Counted from the stretch's first letter, positions 39,132-49,114 are shown. The stretch: DNA of 64,000 nucleotides from a virus (IMGVR_UViG_3300037882_004127:1-64000); one strand, 5' to 3'. Program-made: numbers and translations. Notes: generated from the sequence alone by a model not told the origin.

Positions 39132-39530
39132 TTAACTCATTAGCCGGGCATTGTCAAGTTGTTTAATCAACTGTTCGCGGGCAATCAAATCCATCAATTG
39201 AGACTTAATCTCAGTTGCCCTCTCCTTGGATAAATCACACCAATTACCTTCAGATTCCTCATAAGCAAGGGAATTTTCGGTTTCGCGCAAAATCCCATAA
39301 ATTAACAATTGAATTAAATAATTCTCGGCCTCTTCATATGTGTTGAATGTTGAGTAGGATTCTAACTCGTGCATAACATAACCGTGATGTTCAACCACGT
39401 ATTTAACATCTTGGTAAACGGTATATTGAGTGTTGATGCTAAATTCAAAATCCCTTTGTTTATGGTGGCTGCAACCAATGCATCTTCCCCATAGTTCGAG
39501 CAATTCCTTAATTATATCTTGTTTATTCAT
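39132..39530 (-). CDS. hypothetical protein
   Basis: ORF packing. Confidence 0.75.
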   Translation of the reverse strand: MNKQDIIKELLELWGRCIGCSHHKQRDFEFSINTQYTVYQDVKYVVEHHGYVMHELESYSTFNTYEEAENYLIQLLIYGILRETENSLAYEESEGNWCDLSKERATEIKSQLMDLIAREQLIKQLDNARLMS

Positions 39531-39982
39531 TTTAAGTTTTTAATTAATCGGTCATACATAACCAACGTCCCCGCTACAGCGACATTATATGAATAAGTTC
39601 TATCCGACTCAATCGAACAAATCCCATCGCATTTTTTGACAATTTCAATTGGCAGTCCTTTAATTTCGGACACAAGTAAATAAACCGCCCTCTCAGGATG
39701 ACAAAAATTCCTCAAATAAGAACCCCCATATTTCGGATCTTCAACTGCAATTAATTTGCAATTCGCTGGTTTAGTAGCATAGAATTCCTCAAAATCTTTA
39801 AAAGAGCGAGCCGGAATGTGTCGCGCCGCGCAACAGGTATCGGAGTGTTGGGTTTTATGTTTTGATCCAATAACAAATATGCCCGCCGCACCTAATTGGT
39901 AAGCGGACCTCATTAAGGTTCCATAATTACATTCTTTCTCGGGGTAATAAATACCAATTTCAAAATATCCTCGGTTGCTCAT
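39527..39982 (-). CDS. SpoU/TrmH-family RNA 2'-O-methyltransferase
   Basis: NYGTLMRSA, SEIKGL and SYNVAVAG. Confidence 0.88.
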   Translation of the reverse strand: MSNRGYFEIGIYYPEKECNYGTLMRSAYQLGAAGIFVIGSKHKTQHSDTCCAARHIPARSFKDFEEFYATKPANCKLIAVEDPKYGGSYLRNFCHPERAVYLLVSEIKGLPIEIVKKCDGICSIESDRTYSYNVAVAGTLVMYDRLIKNLK

Positions 39983-39984
39983 AA

Positions 39985-40272
39985 TTAATTAAAAAATTCT
40001 ATTTTAACCCCACTTAAATCAACTGCTAAAATAGCAATCCCACACCATTCATTCCCGGGGGAATCAACCTCATATTGCATAATCGCGAAAAATAAATTCT
40101 TCCGATTGTGACCTTGCGCAAATTCCCTAATTGCCATATCTTTATTATTAATTAACCACTCAATGGCTTTCTTGGGCGAACTGAACGCGCCGAATTCACA
40201 ATCTAATGAGACATTCCTCTTATCCACGCGACGGTAAATCTTAATGAAATAAACCGATTTGCTTTTGCTCAC
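39985..40272 (-). CDS. hypothetical protein
   Basis: ORF packing. Confidence 0.7.
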   Translation of the reverse strand: MSKSKSVYFIKIYRRVDKRNVSLDCEFGAFSSPKKAIEWLINNKDMAIREFAQGHNRKNLFFAIMQYEVDSPGNEWCGIAILAVDLSGVKIEFFN

Positions 40273-40505
40273 TTTTTCACCCCTCCGAACATTTGATTGA
40301 ATATATCTGAACCGCCCGATGCTTTATGAAAATTTGTTGCAATTCGTTTGCCCTCCTCAAAACCATCCGCCCGGCCATCATTGCGCGCATATTTACATGC
40401 GGTTAGAATAATTTTCTCCAACTGTTTCGCGGTTAACTCAATACTGTCCGAATCACCCCAATCATTTTTGGCGGCGAACTTTAAATAGATTTCTTTATCA
40501 GTCAT
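40269..40505 (-). CDS. hypothetical protein
   Basis: ORF packing. Confidence 0.7.
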   Translation of the reverse strand: MTDKEIYLKFAAKNDWGDSDSIELTAKQLEKIILTACKYARNDGRADGFEEGKRIATNFHKASGGSDIFNQMFGGVKK

Positions 40506-40821
40506 ATTGTCTCCTCAATAGAGATTCTTTAATCTCGTGATATTGTTCATTGGTTAATTCAATCAACCCATCATCCAATTCCGTCTCCCGATCAATTAGG
40601 GTAAACCATCGCCCCAAAACGCGCACCTCTAAAAAACTGATCCTCACATTAAGGGCTCGCTCATCGCCAACTGAATCGTCATATAAGGCGAGAAAACCCG
40701 TGAATAGTAGGGTTAACTCGTCAAATGTGGGGAATTGCCGCTGGATTGATTGAATTTGATTAGGGGTTAATTCAATGTGGTTCATAGCTATTTTAGTTTC
40801 ACACTCATTAAGCGCGACCAT
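40498..40821 (-). CDS. hypothetical protein
   Basis: ORF packing. Confidence 0.65.
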   Translation of the reverse strand: MVALNECETKIAMNHIELTPNQIQSIQRQFPTFDELTLLFTGFLALYDDSVGDERALNVRISFLEVRVLGRWFTLIDRETELDDGLIELTNEQYHEIKESLLRRQYD

Positions 40822-40982
40822 TGCTCCTTGGTCAAGCCAGATTCTTCAAATAACTCAAATTCCCGATCAATCCAACCGTCTAACCAATCGCAGCCCTTCT
40901 GGGTGTAATGTTTAAAAGGGTTTAAGTCGGAATCACTTAACCTATCCCGGGCCTCCCAACCTAATTCGTAAGCATCTTTCAT
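40788..40982 (-). CDS. hypothetical protein (Rmf/CrpP-like pattern)
   Basis: AYELGW...NPF...WLDGW. Confidence 0.6.
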   Translation of the reverse strand: MKDAYELGWEARDRLSDSDLNPFKHYTQKGCDWLDGWIDREFELFEESGLTKEQWSRLMSVKLK

Positions 40983-41269
40983 AAGCTCACTGTCTCCTTT
41001 AGTATTTTTTTAAGCGCATCAACCTGTTTGTTTAGTAACCTAATCCGTTCGCGCGTAATGCTGAGACCAATTTTCTTCGCAGTTGCCTTCTTAATGTAGA
41101 ATTTAGTATATTTATTGTCCCGCCGCCAGATGAATTTGTCCTCTTTGATTAAATGCGCATCATAATTATCAGGGGGACCCTCGAAAATATGCTTCTTAAC
41201 GGAACCTGTTGCATATTCGGTGTCAACGGAATAAACCGTTATGGGATAGGTTAGGGTAAAATTTCTCAT
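40979..41269 (-). CDS. hypothetical protein
   Basis: ORF packing. Confidence 0.7.
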   Translation of the reverse strand: MRNFTLTYPITVYSVDTEYATGSVKKHIFEGPPDNYDAHLIKEDKFIWRRDNKYTKFYIKKATAKKIGLSITRERIRLLNKQVDALKKILKETVSL

Positions 41270-41487
41270 TTAATTTTCTCCTCGTCACGCATTACTCGTT
41301 TACTATTTCTGCGCAAATAATCATAACCCTTCAATGCTTGTTCGGTTGTAACTTTTGGCTGATTGGCAATCTGTTCAATAGTTGCGCGTTTAATCTTGGG
41401 CTTATCGCAAAATAAAATCTCCTCTAAAGAGAAATCTTTATCGACAATTTCTTTCCAAATATCTTCAATTATTTTATTGGAATCCAT
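41266..41487 (-). CDS. hypothetical protein
   Basis: Probable start at MDSNKII; the longer ORF-track extension overlaps another gene. Confidence 0.6.
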   Translation of the reverse strand: MDSNKIIEDIWKEIVDKDFSLEEILFCDKPKIKRATIEQIANQPKVTTEQALKGYDYLRRNSKRVMRDEEKIK

Positions 41488-41488
41488 A

Positions 41489-41662
41489 TTATCCTTGCGA
41501 ACAGCTAAACCAAACATCGCGCGCCGCATCTTCTGGGTTGTTGGGCCAATTGTCAAAGCGGCTGTCGGATTCCTCTGCAATTTCCACGCGCGTATCTTCG
41601 TCCCAATAACCGCGTCTTTCGCAAAAATCAACAAATTCCTTATTCCATTGTTCGCGGGTCAC
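41489..41662 (-). CDS. hypothetical protein (57 aa, absent from the ORF track)
   Basis: GTG start after AAGGAG; MTREQWNKEFVDFCERRGYWDED... Confidence 0.55.
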   Translation of the reverse strand: MTREQWNKEFVDFCERRGYWDEDTRVEIAEESDSRFDNWPNNPEDAARDVWFSCSQG

Positions 41663-41810
41663 TTAAATGGTCTCCTTTAGGTTTAGGAAATATTCTCGCA
41701 TAGCTTTCCACTCAGGATTCCTGTAGCCCGGCTCAACCCAAATTTTGCAAAAAAGTTCACACGGCGATATAAAGTTCATGAAATTAGTGTATTCATTGTT
41801 ACAAAACAAA

Positions 41811-42956
41811 ATGTCAGTCTTAACCTACAATGTCGAATTGATTCCGAAGAGTCAAGAAGATTTCTTAAAAATTGAGAAAATTCTTGATGCGAATCGCTTT
41901 GCGTGGAATAAAATATCTAAGGTTTATTACGGGCTAGGGAAAAACACGGATAGAAAAGATTTGCATAAACAAACTTATTTCCCAATCCGTAGAGAAAAAC
42001 CAGAAATTCCCGCACAAGTTATCATTCGTGCTCAAAATGACGTAAGGGCGGCATATAAATCAGTAGTTAGCAATAAGCACAAAATTGTTAAACCGATAGA
42101 AAAGAAGAAATTAAGCATGAGGCTGGATAAAAGGCTTTATAGGCTTAAGGAGGGCTTAATATTTCTGACCACTTTAGAAAAAAGATGTGAATTTACATTT
42201 AAAACATTTGAAAAATTTAACGAACTAAAAGCGAAATATGTTTTCGGCGACCCTTTAATTTTTATCCGTGGCGGGAAACTTTATGCGGCGATTTCATTTA
42301 AGATTCCAGAAATTCCAGTTAGTAGCACCCCATTGGCAGTTGGAATTGACCTAGGAATAAAAAATATCGCTGCAACATCCGATGGGAAAATCTATACAGA
42401 TAAAAAATATTTGAAAGAAAAACGGCAACTTAGATTTCTGAAAAGAAAATTAAGAGCACGCAAAACAAAATCCGCTCGAAAACATCTAAAGAAAATTCGG
42501 CGAAAAGAGGCTAATCGCACCAAGAATTTTGCTCATCATTTGGCTAACAAAATTTTAGATACAGAAGCAAATGTTATCGTTTTAGAAAAATTAAAAGGGA
42601 TTAAACAGAAAATCTCTAAAAAACGAGGAAAAGCGTTTAATAATAAATTTTCGCAAATACCAATTGCGATGTTAGCGACGATCATATCATATAAGGCACC
42701 CTTAAAGGGGAAAACGGTTCGTTTCGTGAATCCACAAAATACCAGTCAAATTGACCACAGAACGGGTCAAAAAGACGGAGTCCGCAAGGGTAATATCTAT
42801 CTCGGAAAAGATGGAATTTTACTTCATGCGGATATCAATGCTGCAATAAATATTGCAAAACGTTCTGAACTCCCAATACTAAGCGGAAACGCAAGTTATT
42901 GGCAAGCCGTTGTCAACCGGCTAATCGTTGGAAATAGTTTAAGCCGAAAGGTTTAA
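41811..42956 (+). CDS. tnpB: TnpB RNA-guided endonuclease
   Basis: GIDLG, LEKL and HADINA. The start MSVLTY aligns with MPNLTY of the 22378 TnpB. Confidence 0.93.
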   Translation: MSVLTYNVELIPKSQEDFLKIEKILDANRFAWNKISKVYYGLGKNTDRKDLHKQTYFPIRREKPEIPAQVIIRAQNDVRAAYKSVVSNKHKIVKPIEKKKLSMRLDKRLYRLKEGLIFLTTLEKRCEFTFKTFEKFNELKAKYVFGDPLIFIRGGKLYAAISFKIPEIPVSSTPLAVGIDLGIKNIAATSDGKIYTDKKYLKEKRQLRFLKRKLRARKTKSARKHLKKIRRKEANRTKNFAHHLANKILDTEANVIVLEKLKGIKQKISKKRGKAFNNKFSQIPIAMLATIISYKAPLKGKTVRFVNPQNTSQIDHRTGQKDGVRKGNIYLGKDGILLHADINAAINIAKRSELPILSGNASYWQAVVNRLIVGNSLSRKV

Positions 42957-43025
42957 ATTAATTCGTTTTCGACAAGCCTCTATCGCTTGCGATGAGGTAG
43001 TTGACGCAAATTTTTAATCAATTCT
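42860..43025 (+). ncRNA. TnpB omegaRNA (RE ends at 43005; predicted guide 43006-43025)
   Basis: Stem AGCCG/CGGCT; its loop GTCAAC pairs with the terminal GTTGAC. The 5' boundary is approximate. Confidence 0.75.
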
Positions 43026-43038
43026 TTAATTTGGTCGT

Positions 43039-43377
43039 TCACTGGTTTAATTCTTTCTTTAATTGTTCAAATAATTTCTTTTTCCACTCAATCTCTAAAT
43101 TTGCGCGGCTCTTCTCCGCAAGCTCTCGTTGTTCAATCTCCTCCTTAGTCTCGGGGCGCTCATATTTAATGGAGTAAATCAAAACGCCCGCACCATAAGA
43201 TTCGGTGGCGCTAATATGCAAATAGGCAGACTGGCGAAATTCCTCCGGGATTGAGAGGAGCTTACCATTCAACCAGTTGATATGTTCCGCTAAATTTGTA
43301 GGGAAAGTGTCGAGCCAAGAATTGCCCTCATCGTAAATTGTGATTGTTTTATTCATTTTTTTTAAGTTCAACTTCAA
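43039..43377 (-). CDS. hypothetical protein
   Basis: RPETKEE motif; ORF packing. Confidence 0.7.
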   Translation of the reverse strand: MKLNLKKMNKTITIYDEGNSWLDTFPTNLAEHINWLNGKLLSIPEEFRQSAYLHISATESYGAGVLIYSIKYERPETKEEIEQRELAEKSRANLEIEWKKKLFEQLKKELNQ

Positions 43378-43576
43378 TTTTATCTAGAGCCTCATTTAAG
43401 GCAATCCTTAATTCAGAGATATTCCCAAATTCCGATTTGAGGCAACCCTGAGTGAGGGGATTGATTTTGCCAAGTTCAACGTTAGAGGGCTTGATGATTG
43501 CTAATTGCAAACCATTAACATAAACGTCGGTATGCCCGGGGTGAAAACAGGTTAGGAATGAGGTGTAGTTATTCAA
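43349..43576 (-). CDS. hypothetical protein
   Basis: ORF packing. Confidence 0.65.
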   Translation of the reverse strand: MNNYTSFLTCFHPGHTDVYVNGLQLAIIKPSNVELGKINPLTQGCLKSEFGNISELRIALNEALDKIEVELKKNE

Positions 43577-43817
43577 CGGTGTAGGTTCCTGATAGTTTAA
43601 CTGTCTTTCCGGTTTCTAACTGTTCAAAAATAATTCCCGAACGGCTCGTTCTAACAAAACCCTTAGCTTTGTAAGTTTTAAGAATTTCGCCAGATTGAGA
43701 ATATAGGGTGACTAAAGAAATCGCCTCGTCCCGCTTTTGTGTTACTTTGAAAACAAAGGTTAAAGATCCAGCGAGAAATAGTAATAAGATGGTTATAAGT
43801 GTGGCTACAAATTTCAT
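43569..43817 (-). CDS. exported or membrane hypothetical protein
   Basis: N-terminal hydrophobic helix. Confidence 0.7.
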   Translation of the reverse strand: MKFVATLITILLLFLAGSLTFVFKVTQKRDEAISLVTLYSQSGEILKTYKAKGFVRTSRSGIIFEQLETGKTVKLSGTYTVE

Positions 43818-44732
43818 TTATTGAGTAAGCCACTTTTCGCGCCAGTTGTCAAACTTAATTTCACTTTGTTCTCCGAGAAAGTGGCAATCGGCAAAGTCCT
43901 TGGTTTCTGGAAGTGCAATTAAGACTCGCTCTTCTGTAAAAAAATTGTCAAGAGTTTTTTTAATTGAAAATGCTTTTTTATTCCCTACGCCACCGTTTTC
44001 ACTACCCAACTCATTATTTGTCGCAATCAATATGCGTTTAGGGTTAAGCGAAATCAAATAGGCAATTATTTTTGAACTGATGTTAACCCCGAATAAGCAC
44101 AGAACATTTTTGATGCCTTGCTCCCAGAGATATAAAACACAACCGGGACTTTCAACTAGAATAACTGATCCAGACTTTTTGATCTCTTGAGGCTCATAAG
44201 GCCATGTCGCATTGCGGATTTCCCCTAAATGCTTCCATTTGCCGATACCATTCTCTTTATGCCAATCAGAATAATCAATTAACCGCCCGCTGAATCCAGT
44301 AATTTGAGTTTTTTCTTTATTGAAAACAGGAAGGACAACACGCTTATTTAACTGGCCTCCTAGCGCAACTCCCATGCGAAAATATCTTTGAGTCGCGGCA
44401 CTAACGCCTCGCTTTTCAAAATAAGAGTAGTCAAAAATTAATTTATCTAATAAGGAGATCGGCCAGTTTTTAGGAATTTGAATTTTAGGCTCAGGTGAAA
44501 TGTAAGGCGTGTAACTTCCATCTGATTCGGTTCCGATTAACTGAAGGATTCGGGCAAGATGCTCTTTGTCGCCACTATATTTTAAGCAATTAAATTTTCC
44601 ATCTCGTTGAACACCAAGATGGTTCTTATTATGGCTGTCTTCATTATTTTCGGCGCATGCGGGGCATCTCGCTTGCCACCCCGTAGAGGTTGTTACGAGG
44701 TTTTCCAACTTTTCTAAATCTATGACGTTCAT
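43818..44732 (-). CDS. DnaG-type DNA primase (Zn finger plus TOPRIM)
   Basis: CPAC, GFSGR, KWKH, LVESPG and KDFAD. Confidence 0.9.
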   Translation of the reverse strand: MNVIDLEKLENLVTTSTGWQARCPACAENNEDSHNKNHLGVQRDGKFNCLKYSGDKEHLARILQLIGTESDGSYTPYISPEPKIQIPKNWPISLLDKLIFDYSYFEKRGVSAATQRYFRMGVALGGQLNKRVVLPVFNKEKTQITGFSGRLIDYSDWHKENGIGKWKHLGEIRNATWPYEPQEIKKSGSVILVESPGCVLYLWEQGIKNVLCLFGVNISSKIIAYLISLNPKRILIATNNELGSENGGVGNKKAFSIKKTLDNFFTEERVLIALPETKDFADCHFLGEQSEIKFDNWREKWLTQ

Positions 44733-44784
44733 TGAAATTATTTTAATAAATCTTACACATGTTTAGATATTCGTGACGAATCTT

Positions 44785-44793
44785 GTGTATAAT
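44785..44793 (+). promoter_or_regulatory. GTGTATAAT promoter
   Basis: 8 nt upstream of the ATG at 44802. Confidence 0.65.
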
Positions 44794-44801
44794 CAATTAG
44801 C

Positions 44802-44966
44802 ATGTCAACAACAAAAGATAAGAATCGGCGACTTCAACTCTGCTTAAAAGCGGACGTGGCACAGAAATTGGAAGAGATTGCGCTTAAGACTAAACTTAAA
44901 TACGTGGCGATTATTAGTAATGGGATTGAGAAAGAATACGAGAAGATGAAGGAGGGTGCGAAATGA
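44802..44966 (+). CDS. ribbon-helix-helix-like regulator (54 aa, absent from the ORF track)
   Basis: RRLQLCLKADVAQKLEEIALKTKLKYVAIISNGIE; ATGA-coupled to the nuclease gene. Confidence 0.75.
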   Translation: MSTTKDKNRRLQLCLKADVAQKLEEIALKTKLKYVAIISNGIEKEYEKMKEGAK

Positions 44967-46135
44967 TTGGGCGAAATTGGACCGAGGAAGAGATTGCTTT
45001 GGCAACTAAACTAGGAAGCGAGGGGAAAACGGCAAAAGAAATCGCCGTGGCTTTAAACAGAACGCGCGAATCTATTGAGTCAAAATTAAGAAAGGCGAAC
45101 ATAAAATACAAGAAAAATGAATTTTTCGATTTAAACGGGGAGGATGCTCTTTGGTTCAGAGAGAATTTCAATAAACTTAAAATCAGAGAGTGCGCGGAAA
45201 TAAAGGGTATGACGATTAACCGTGTCCAACAAATCGCCAACTTACTAGGTCTGTCCAAACAAAAGAAAAGAAGTAGCGTCCCACTAGAAATTCAAAATCA
45301 AATAGCAGAGGAATATAAAACGCATAAAAATAAGGGAAAATTAAGAGAAAAGTATGGTTACGGAATGGCGACAATAAGCAAAATTATCGCAGAAAGGGGA
45401 ATTAAATTTTCTCTTTACTCTAAGTTTGATGATATTGGGGCTGATGTAATTAAAGATTTTAACGATGGAATTTTGTCAATGCGACAAATGGAGGTTAAAT
45501 ACAATTACTCAATGGATCAAATGAGAAATAAGTTAAAAGAGCTTGGAATTTATGATGAAAACAGATGGGAGAAAACGATTAACAAAAAACCATATTATCA
45601 ATGCTGGGTAGATAAATACGGGCAAGAAGAAGCGGATCGTCGCGAAGTTTTATATAGAGAAAAACAAGCCATTGCTGCTAAAAATAAAGTTTACGTTTAT
45701 CGCGATGCCCCACAAGGTTCCGGTAATGGTTGGAAGGGATGGTATGACGGACATTATTTTAGGAGCTTAAGGGAGCTATGTTTTATCGTGGAAATGGACG
45801 AAGCGGGGATCGAATGGAATTCAGCAGAAAAGAAGATTTACGATATTCCATATATTTGGGACGGGAATCCAAGAATTTATCGTCCAGACTTTGTAATCGG
45901 TAATTTATTATACGAAATTAAACCTATCCGTCTTCATACCAGTCCTAAGGTCTCTGCAAAAGCTAAAGCCGCTCACGAATTTTGCTCTAAAAATGGACTC
46001 ACTTATATTATAACGGATGTGAAAATAAAACCCGAATTAATTAAAAAGTATTATGATTTAGGTCGAGTAAAATTCGACAGAGACTATGAAGAAAGGTTTC
46101 TAAACTTTCTAAAAAAGAATCAAAAAGCTGGTTGA
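44963..46135 (+). CDS. free-standing TnsA-like PD-(D/E)XK homing endonuclease
   Basis: N-terminal HTH repeats; FRSLRE and YRPDF..YEIKP. Confidence 0.82.
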   Translation: MIGRNWTEEEIALATKLGSEGKTAKEIAVALNRTRESIESKLRKANIKYKKNEFFDLNGEDALWFRENFNKLKIRECAEIKGMTINRVQQIANLLGLSKQKKRSSVPLEIQNQIAEEYKTHKNKGKLREKYGYGMATISKIIAERGIKFSLYSKFDDIGADVIKDFNDGILSMRQMEVKYNYSMDQMRNKLKELGIYDENRWEKTINKKPYYQCWVDKYGQEEADRREVLYREKQAIAAKNKVYVYRDAPQGSGNGWKGWYDGHYFRSLRELCFIVEMDEAGIEWNSAEKKIYDIPYIWDGNPRIYRPDFVIGNLLYEIKPIRLHTSPKVSAKAKAAHEFCSKNGLTYIITDVKIKPELIKKYYDLGRVKFDRDYEERFLNFLKKNQKAG

Positions 46136-47640
46136 ACACCGCCCTTATCATCAAGTGGAATTTTTGACAACCCACTTTTCCGCAATTGCTCTGAATAAGT
46201 CCCGCAATCTGTCACGGCGAAATTAGAAATATTTAAATTAATAAAATTAGGGCGATAACTAACGTCTCTACCCTTCCCCACCCGAACATAATCCATAAAT
46301 TCAGGCCCCTTTTCACCCAAATATCTAGTTTTAGTGGTAATTAGTTTGTGGGTTGGGGCCTTTATATCTGGTGTGGAATCGGCAAGCATTTCATCATGAG
46401 TTCTTTTACGAAGAATTCCCATATAAGACACAAGCCAATTCAAGCGATCAGACATACTAAGTACGGCCCCGCTGTCATCCAAATCCGCCGCTTTTTTACC
46501 ATCAACAATACCAGCACGATTCGTTTGAACTGCCGTTATAACTGGGCAAACGCAATATTCAGCGGCCTCTTTCAAAATCTGCGTCTTGTCGTACGCAGCT
46601 ATGTATTCTTGTTTGTTCCCAGTATTGTCTGCACTCGTAATTTTTAAATAATCATACATCACTAAGAATGGATTACCGCGCCCGACCTTATTCAAGTAAA
46701 ATCTCTTAATATATTTGTCTACCTCATGACCACTTTTATTCCCAATAGACTCAAAGTATAAATTTTTGTTCTTCTGTGAACGAATAATCTCTAATTCGGC
46801 CCTGATCTTTTTTGACCAAACCGCGTCATATCTCCATTTTCGCGAATCAATAAGCCAATAAGGAACTCCAATCTTACCAGCGATATAGCGTAAAACCGCA
46901 TCTTCTATAAACATCTCGCTGTCAAGATATAATATCTTTAACTCCTTCGCTTTATCTGGATTTGCGTCCGGCATTCTACGCATAATATCAAGAAGAAAGG
47001 TACTTTTATTTCCCCCAGACCTCGCCGCGTAAATCATCAGACTTTTTGCTCTAGCCCCGGATAGATTTTCCTGAATGCTTTTATAGGGCATTATCAAATC
47101 GTTACTATTTATTTTCTCCTCCCCATATTCTTCGATAATATCGGGCAAAACTTCAAGTAAGTTAATAGGTTCTGGTTCATCCCCAGTCAGGCTTACCAAC
47201 GATTCCCCCAAATATTTATCCGTAATATCAATCATCTCCTTAGCCGTTTTCGGCGCGTCCTTACCATCCGCCATGATCTCTTGCTGAACCTTGGCGGCAT
47301 TATTACAGATAGTCCGTTTGAGGGTGACTAATTTTAACTCTTTCGCTAATGAAGTTATATTCCGCTTATCAACCGGCCTAATTTTAAGTGCGCCGCAAAA
47401 ATCGCCAACCTCTAATCCTTCCAAGGTAATCCCTAATGATTTTAACTTTTCCGCAACGATAATTTCATCAGGTCGCCCCTTATTCTCTACTATATTAGTA
47501 ATAACCGCGAAAACAGGAGAATTTTGCTTACTAAAATCCTTGGAATTAACATATGGAATTTCCACGTATGTTTCGGGGTATTGTAAAAGAATGGCAAGAA
47601 CTGACTGTTCAATTTCAATGGAATAAAGCGCTTTAGACAT
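46120..47640 (-). CDS. dnaB: replicative DnaB-like helicase
   Basis: EQSVLAILL N-domain, Walker A ARSGGNKST, YDYL and QTNR. Confidence 0.92.
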   Translation of the reverse strand: MSKALYSIEIEQSVLAILLQYPETYVEIPYVNSKDFSKQNSPVFAVITNIVENKGRPDEIIVAEKLKSLGITLEGLEVGDFCGALKIRPVDKRNITSLAKELKLVTLKRTICNNAAKVQQEIMADGKDAPKTAKEMIDITDKYLGESLVSLTGDEPEPINLLEVLPDIIEEYGEEKINSNDLIMPYKSIQENLSGARAKSLMIYAARSGGNKSTFLLDIMRRMPDANPDKAKELKILYLDSEMFIEDAVLRYIAGKIGVPYWLIDSRKWRYDAVWSKKIRAELEIIRSQKNKNLYFESIGNKSGHEVDKYIKRFYLNKVGRGNPFLVMYDYLKITSADNTGNKQEYIAAYDKTQILKEAAEYCVCPVITAVQTNRAGIVDGKKAADLDDSGAVLSMSDRLNWLVSYMGILRKRTHDEMLADSTPDIKAPTHKLITTKTRYLGEKGPEFMDYVRVGKGRDVSYRPNFINLNISNFAVTDCGTYSEQLRKSGLSKIPLDDKGGVQPAF

Positions 47641-47685
47641 GTTTTATATAAACTTATTCAACCTCTTATCTTAACCAGAGTCAAC

Positions 47686-47717
47686 AAAAAAAGCCGCCCC
47701 GTTTTTGAGAAGCGGCT
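47686..47717 (-). terminator. Rho-independent terminator
   Basis: AGCCGCTTC..GGGGCGGCT followed by a T run on the minus strand. Confidence 0.7.
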
Positions 47718-47731
47718 CGTTTAATCTTAAA

Positions 47732-49114
47732 CTACTTAACATTTACTGATTTACTAAAAATAATCTGTGTCAACCCATCAACCGGGGAAAACAAATACCC
47801 TTCCGACCCTTGAATATTTCCGACGTAGGAATTTTCGCTATGCCACTGATCCGGATTGCAGAGCGCGGCACTAACAAAAATACGAACCCCACGACTATCT
47901 AACATCTGCTGAAAAACGTGTTTATGACCTGTGAGCCAGTAAAGGTGTTTATAATTTGATATAACCTCCATCTTTTCTCGCATCATCACCGCCCCTAAAT
48001 CTTCTAGCTTTTTAACTCCGTTTCCATGGGCAAAACCGATTAGTGTTTTTCCATGAGCGAAATATTTGCGATTCGACGGTTCATTATTAACGTTAATATT
48101 AGGATGGTTGCGGAAGAAAGCCTTAATATACGCTCCAAGGGCATATTCGCTTAAATTCGCATGGTTGCCAGCAACTACCATCACTTCAACAGGGAACTGA
48201 ACAGCCAACGACTCAACTGTCTCGGCAATTAACTGACAACTCTCATCAAATACTTTATGCCACCGAGAATCTCCCTCAATTTTTGTTCCCGAACTGGTCT
48301 CAACCCTCTGATTCTCGTAATGGATTAGATCCGAACCGATAATTAAAAGCACTTTACCAATTTTTCCGACTGGAGCTTCTGAAATTAATTGTTCGGCGGC
48401 ATCTTTGTAATACTTTTTGGCAATTGAAATATCAAAGTCACCCCATAATGTCTGGACCCCATGCGCCAATTTCCCAATGTGTAGGTCTTGGATTGATATT
48501 ACATAAAGATCATCACCAGAGCTAGTTATGGGTTTAATATTGAAGGTGGCCGGGGCGCGCTCGTTAGCTTGTTTAGTGAAGGTTTCGAGTAGATTTGATA
48601 ACGAATCCTGATCCACCCGTTTCTTAAACTCCGCCCGCAAATTTAAAACACCTCTCTGCAAACTCGGCACAAATGATTTGGGCTCCCACTTGTTTAGATC
48701 AACTTTACAAAACGCCACTAAATCCTCAAGTGTCCTAATTTCACCTGCATTTTTAATTTCTAATGTCGCTTTATCGCCACTAACTTTAAACCCGCCAACC
48801 GGGGGTTCGCCTAATTGAATCGGTACCCAGTTTGTATCCATAATGACTTCGCCTGTTCCTTTATCAATAACCTGAGTGTTAAATGAATCCGTTACTACCG
48901 TTCCAACAACAGGAGAATCAACGGCAACTTTATAATATCCAAACAATTTTCTAAACTTCTCATTCGCCGCACTTTTCTTTAAGCCCCATATTTCCCGAAT
49001 TTTCCGCCTCACCAATTTAGTGGATTCTTTATCGTTTAACCAACCCTCTTTTAGATCTCCCAATAAAACGTTTAAATATTCCCTTTTGTCAGCCTCGGTG
49101 TTTTGATTCGTCAT
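47732..49114 (-). CDS. calcineurin-like metallophosphoesterase
   Basis: DLHIG, GSD, GNH, HG and GHKH. Confidence 0.88.
   Translation of the reverse strand: MTNQNTEADKREYLNVLLGDLKEGWLNDKESTKLVRRKIREIWGLKKSAANEKFRKLFGYYKVAVDSPVVGTVVTDSFNTQVIDKGTGEVIMDTNWVPIQLGEPPVGGFKVSGDKATLEIKNAGEIRTLEDLVAFCKVDLNKWEPKSFVPSLQRGVLNLRAEFKKRVDQDSLSNLLETFTKQANERAPATFNIKPITSSGDDLYVISIQDLHIGKLAHGVQTLWGDFDISIAKKYYKDAAEQLISEAPVGKIGKVLLIIGSDLIHYENQRVETSSGTKIEGDSRWHKVFDESCQLIAETVESLAVQFPVEVMVVAGNHANLSEYALGAYIKAFFRNHPNINVNNEPSNRKYFAHGKTLIGFAHGNGVKKLEDLGAVMMREKMEVISNYKHLYWLTGHKHVFQQMLDSRGVRIFVSAALCNPDQWHSENSYVGNIQGSEGYLFSPVDGLTQIIFSKSVNVK

Noticed and set aside
41745-41810. N-terminal extension of the TnpB in the ORF track
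   Set aside because: It spans the promoter motif, and alignment with the paralog supports a start at 41811.
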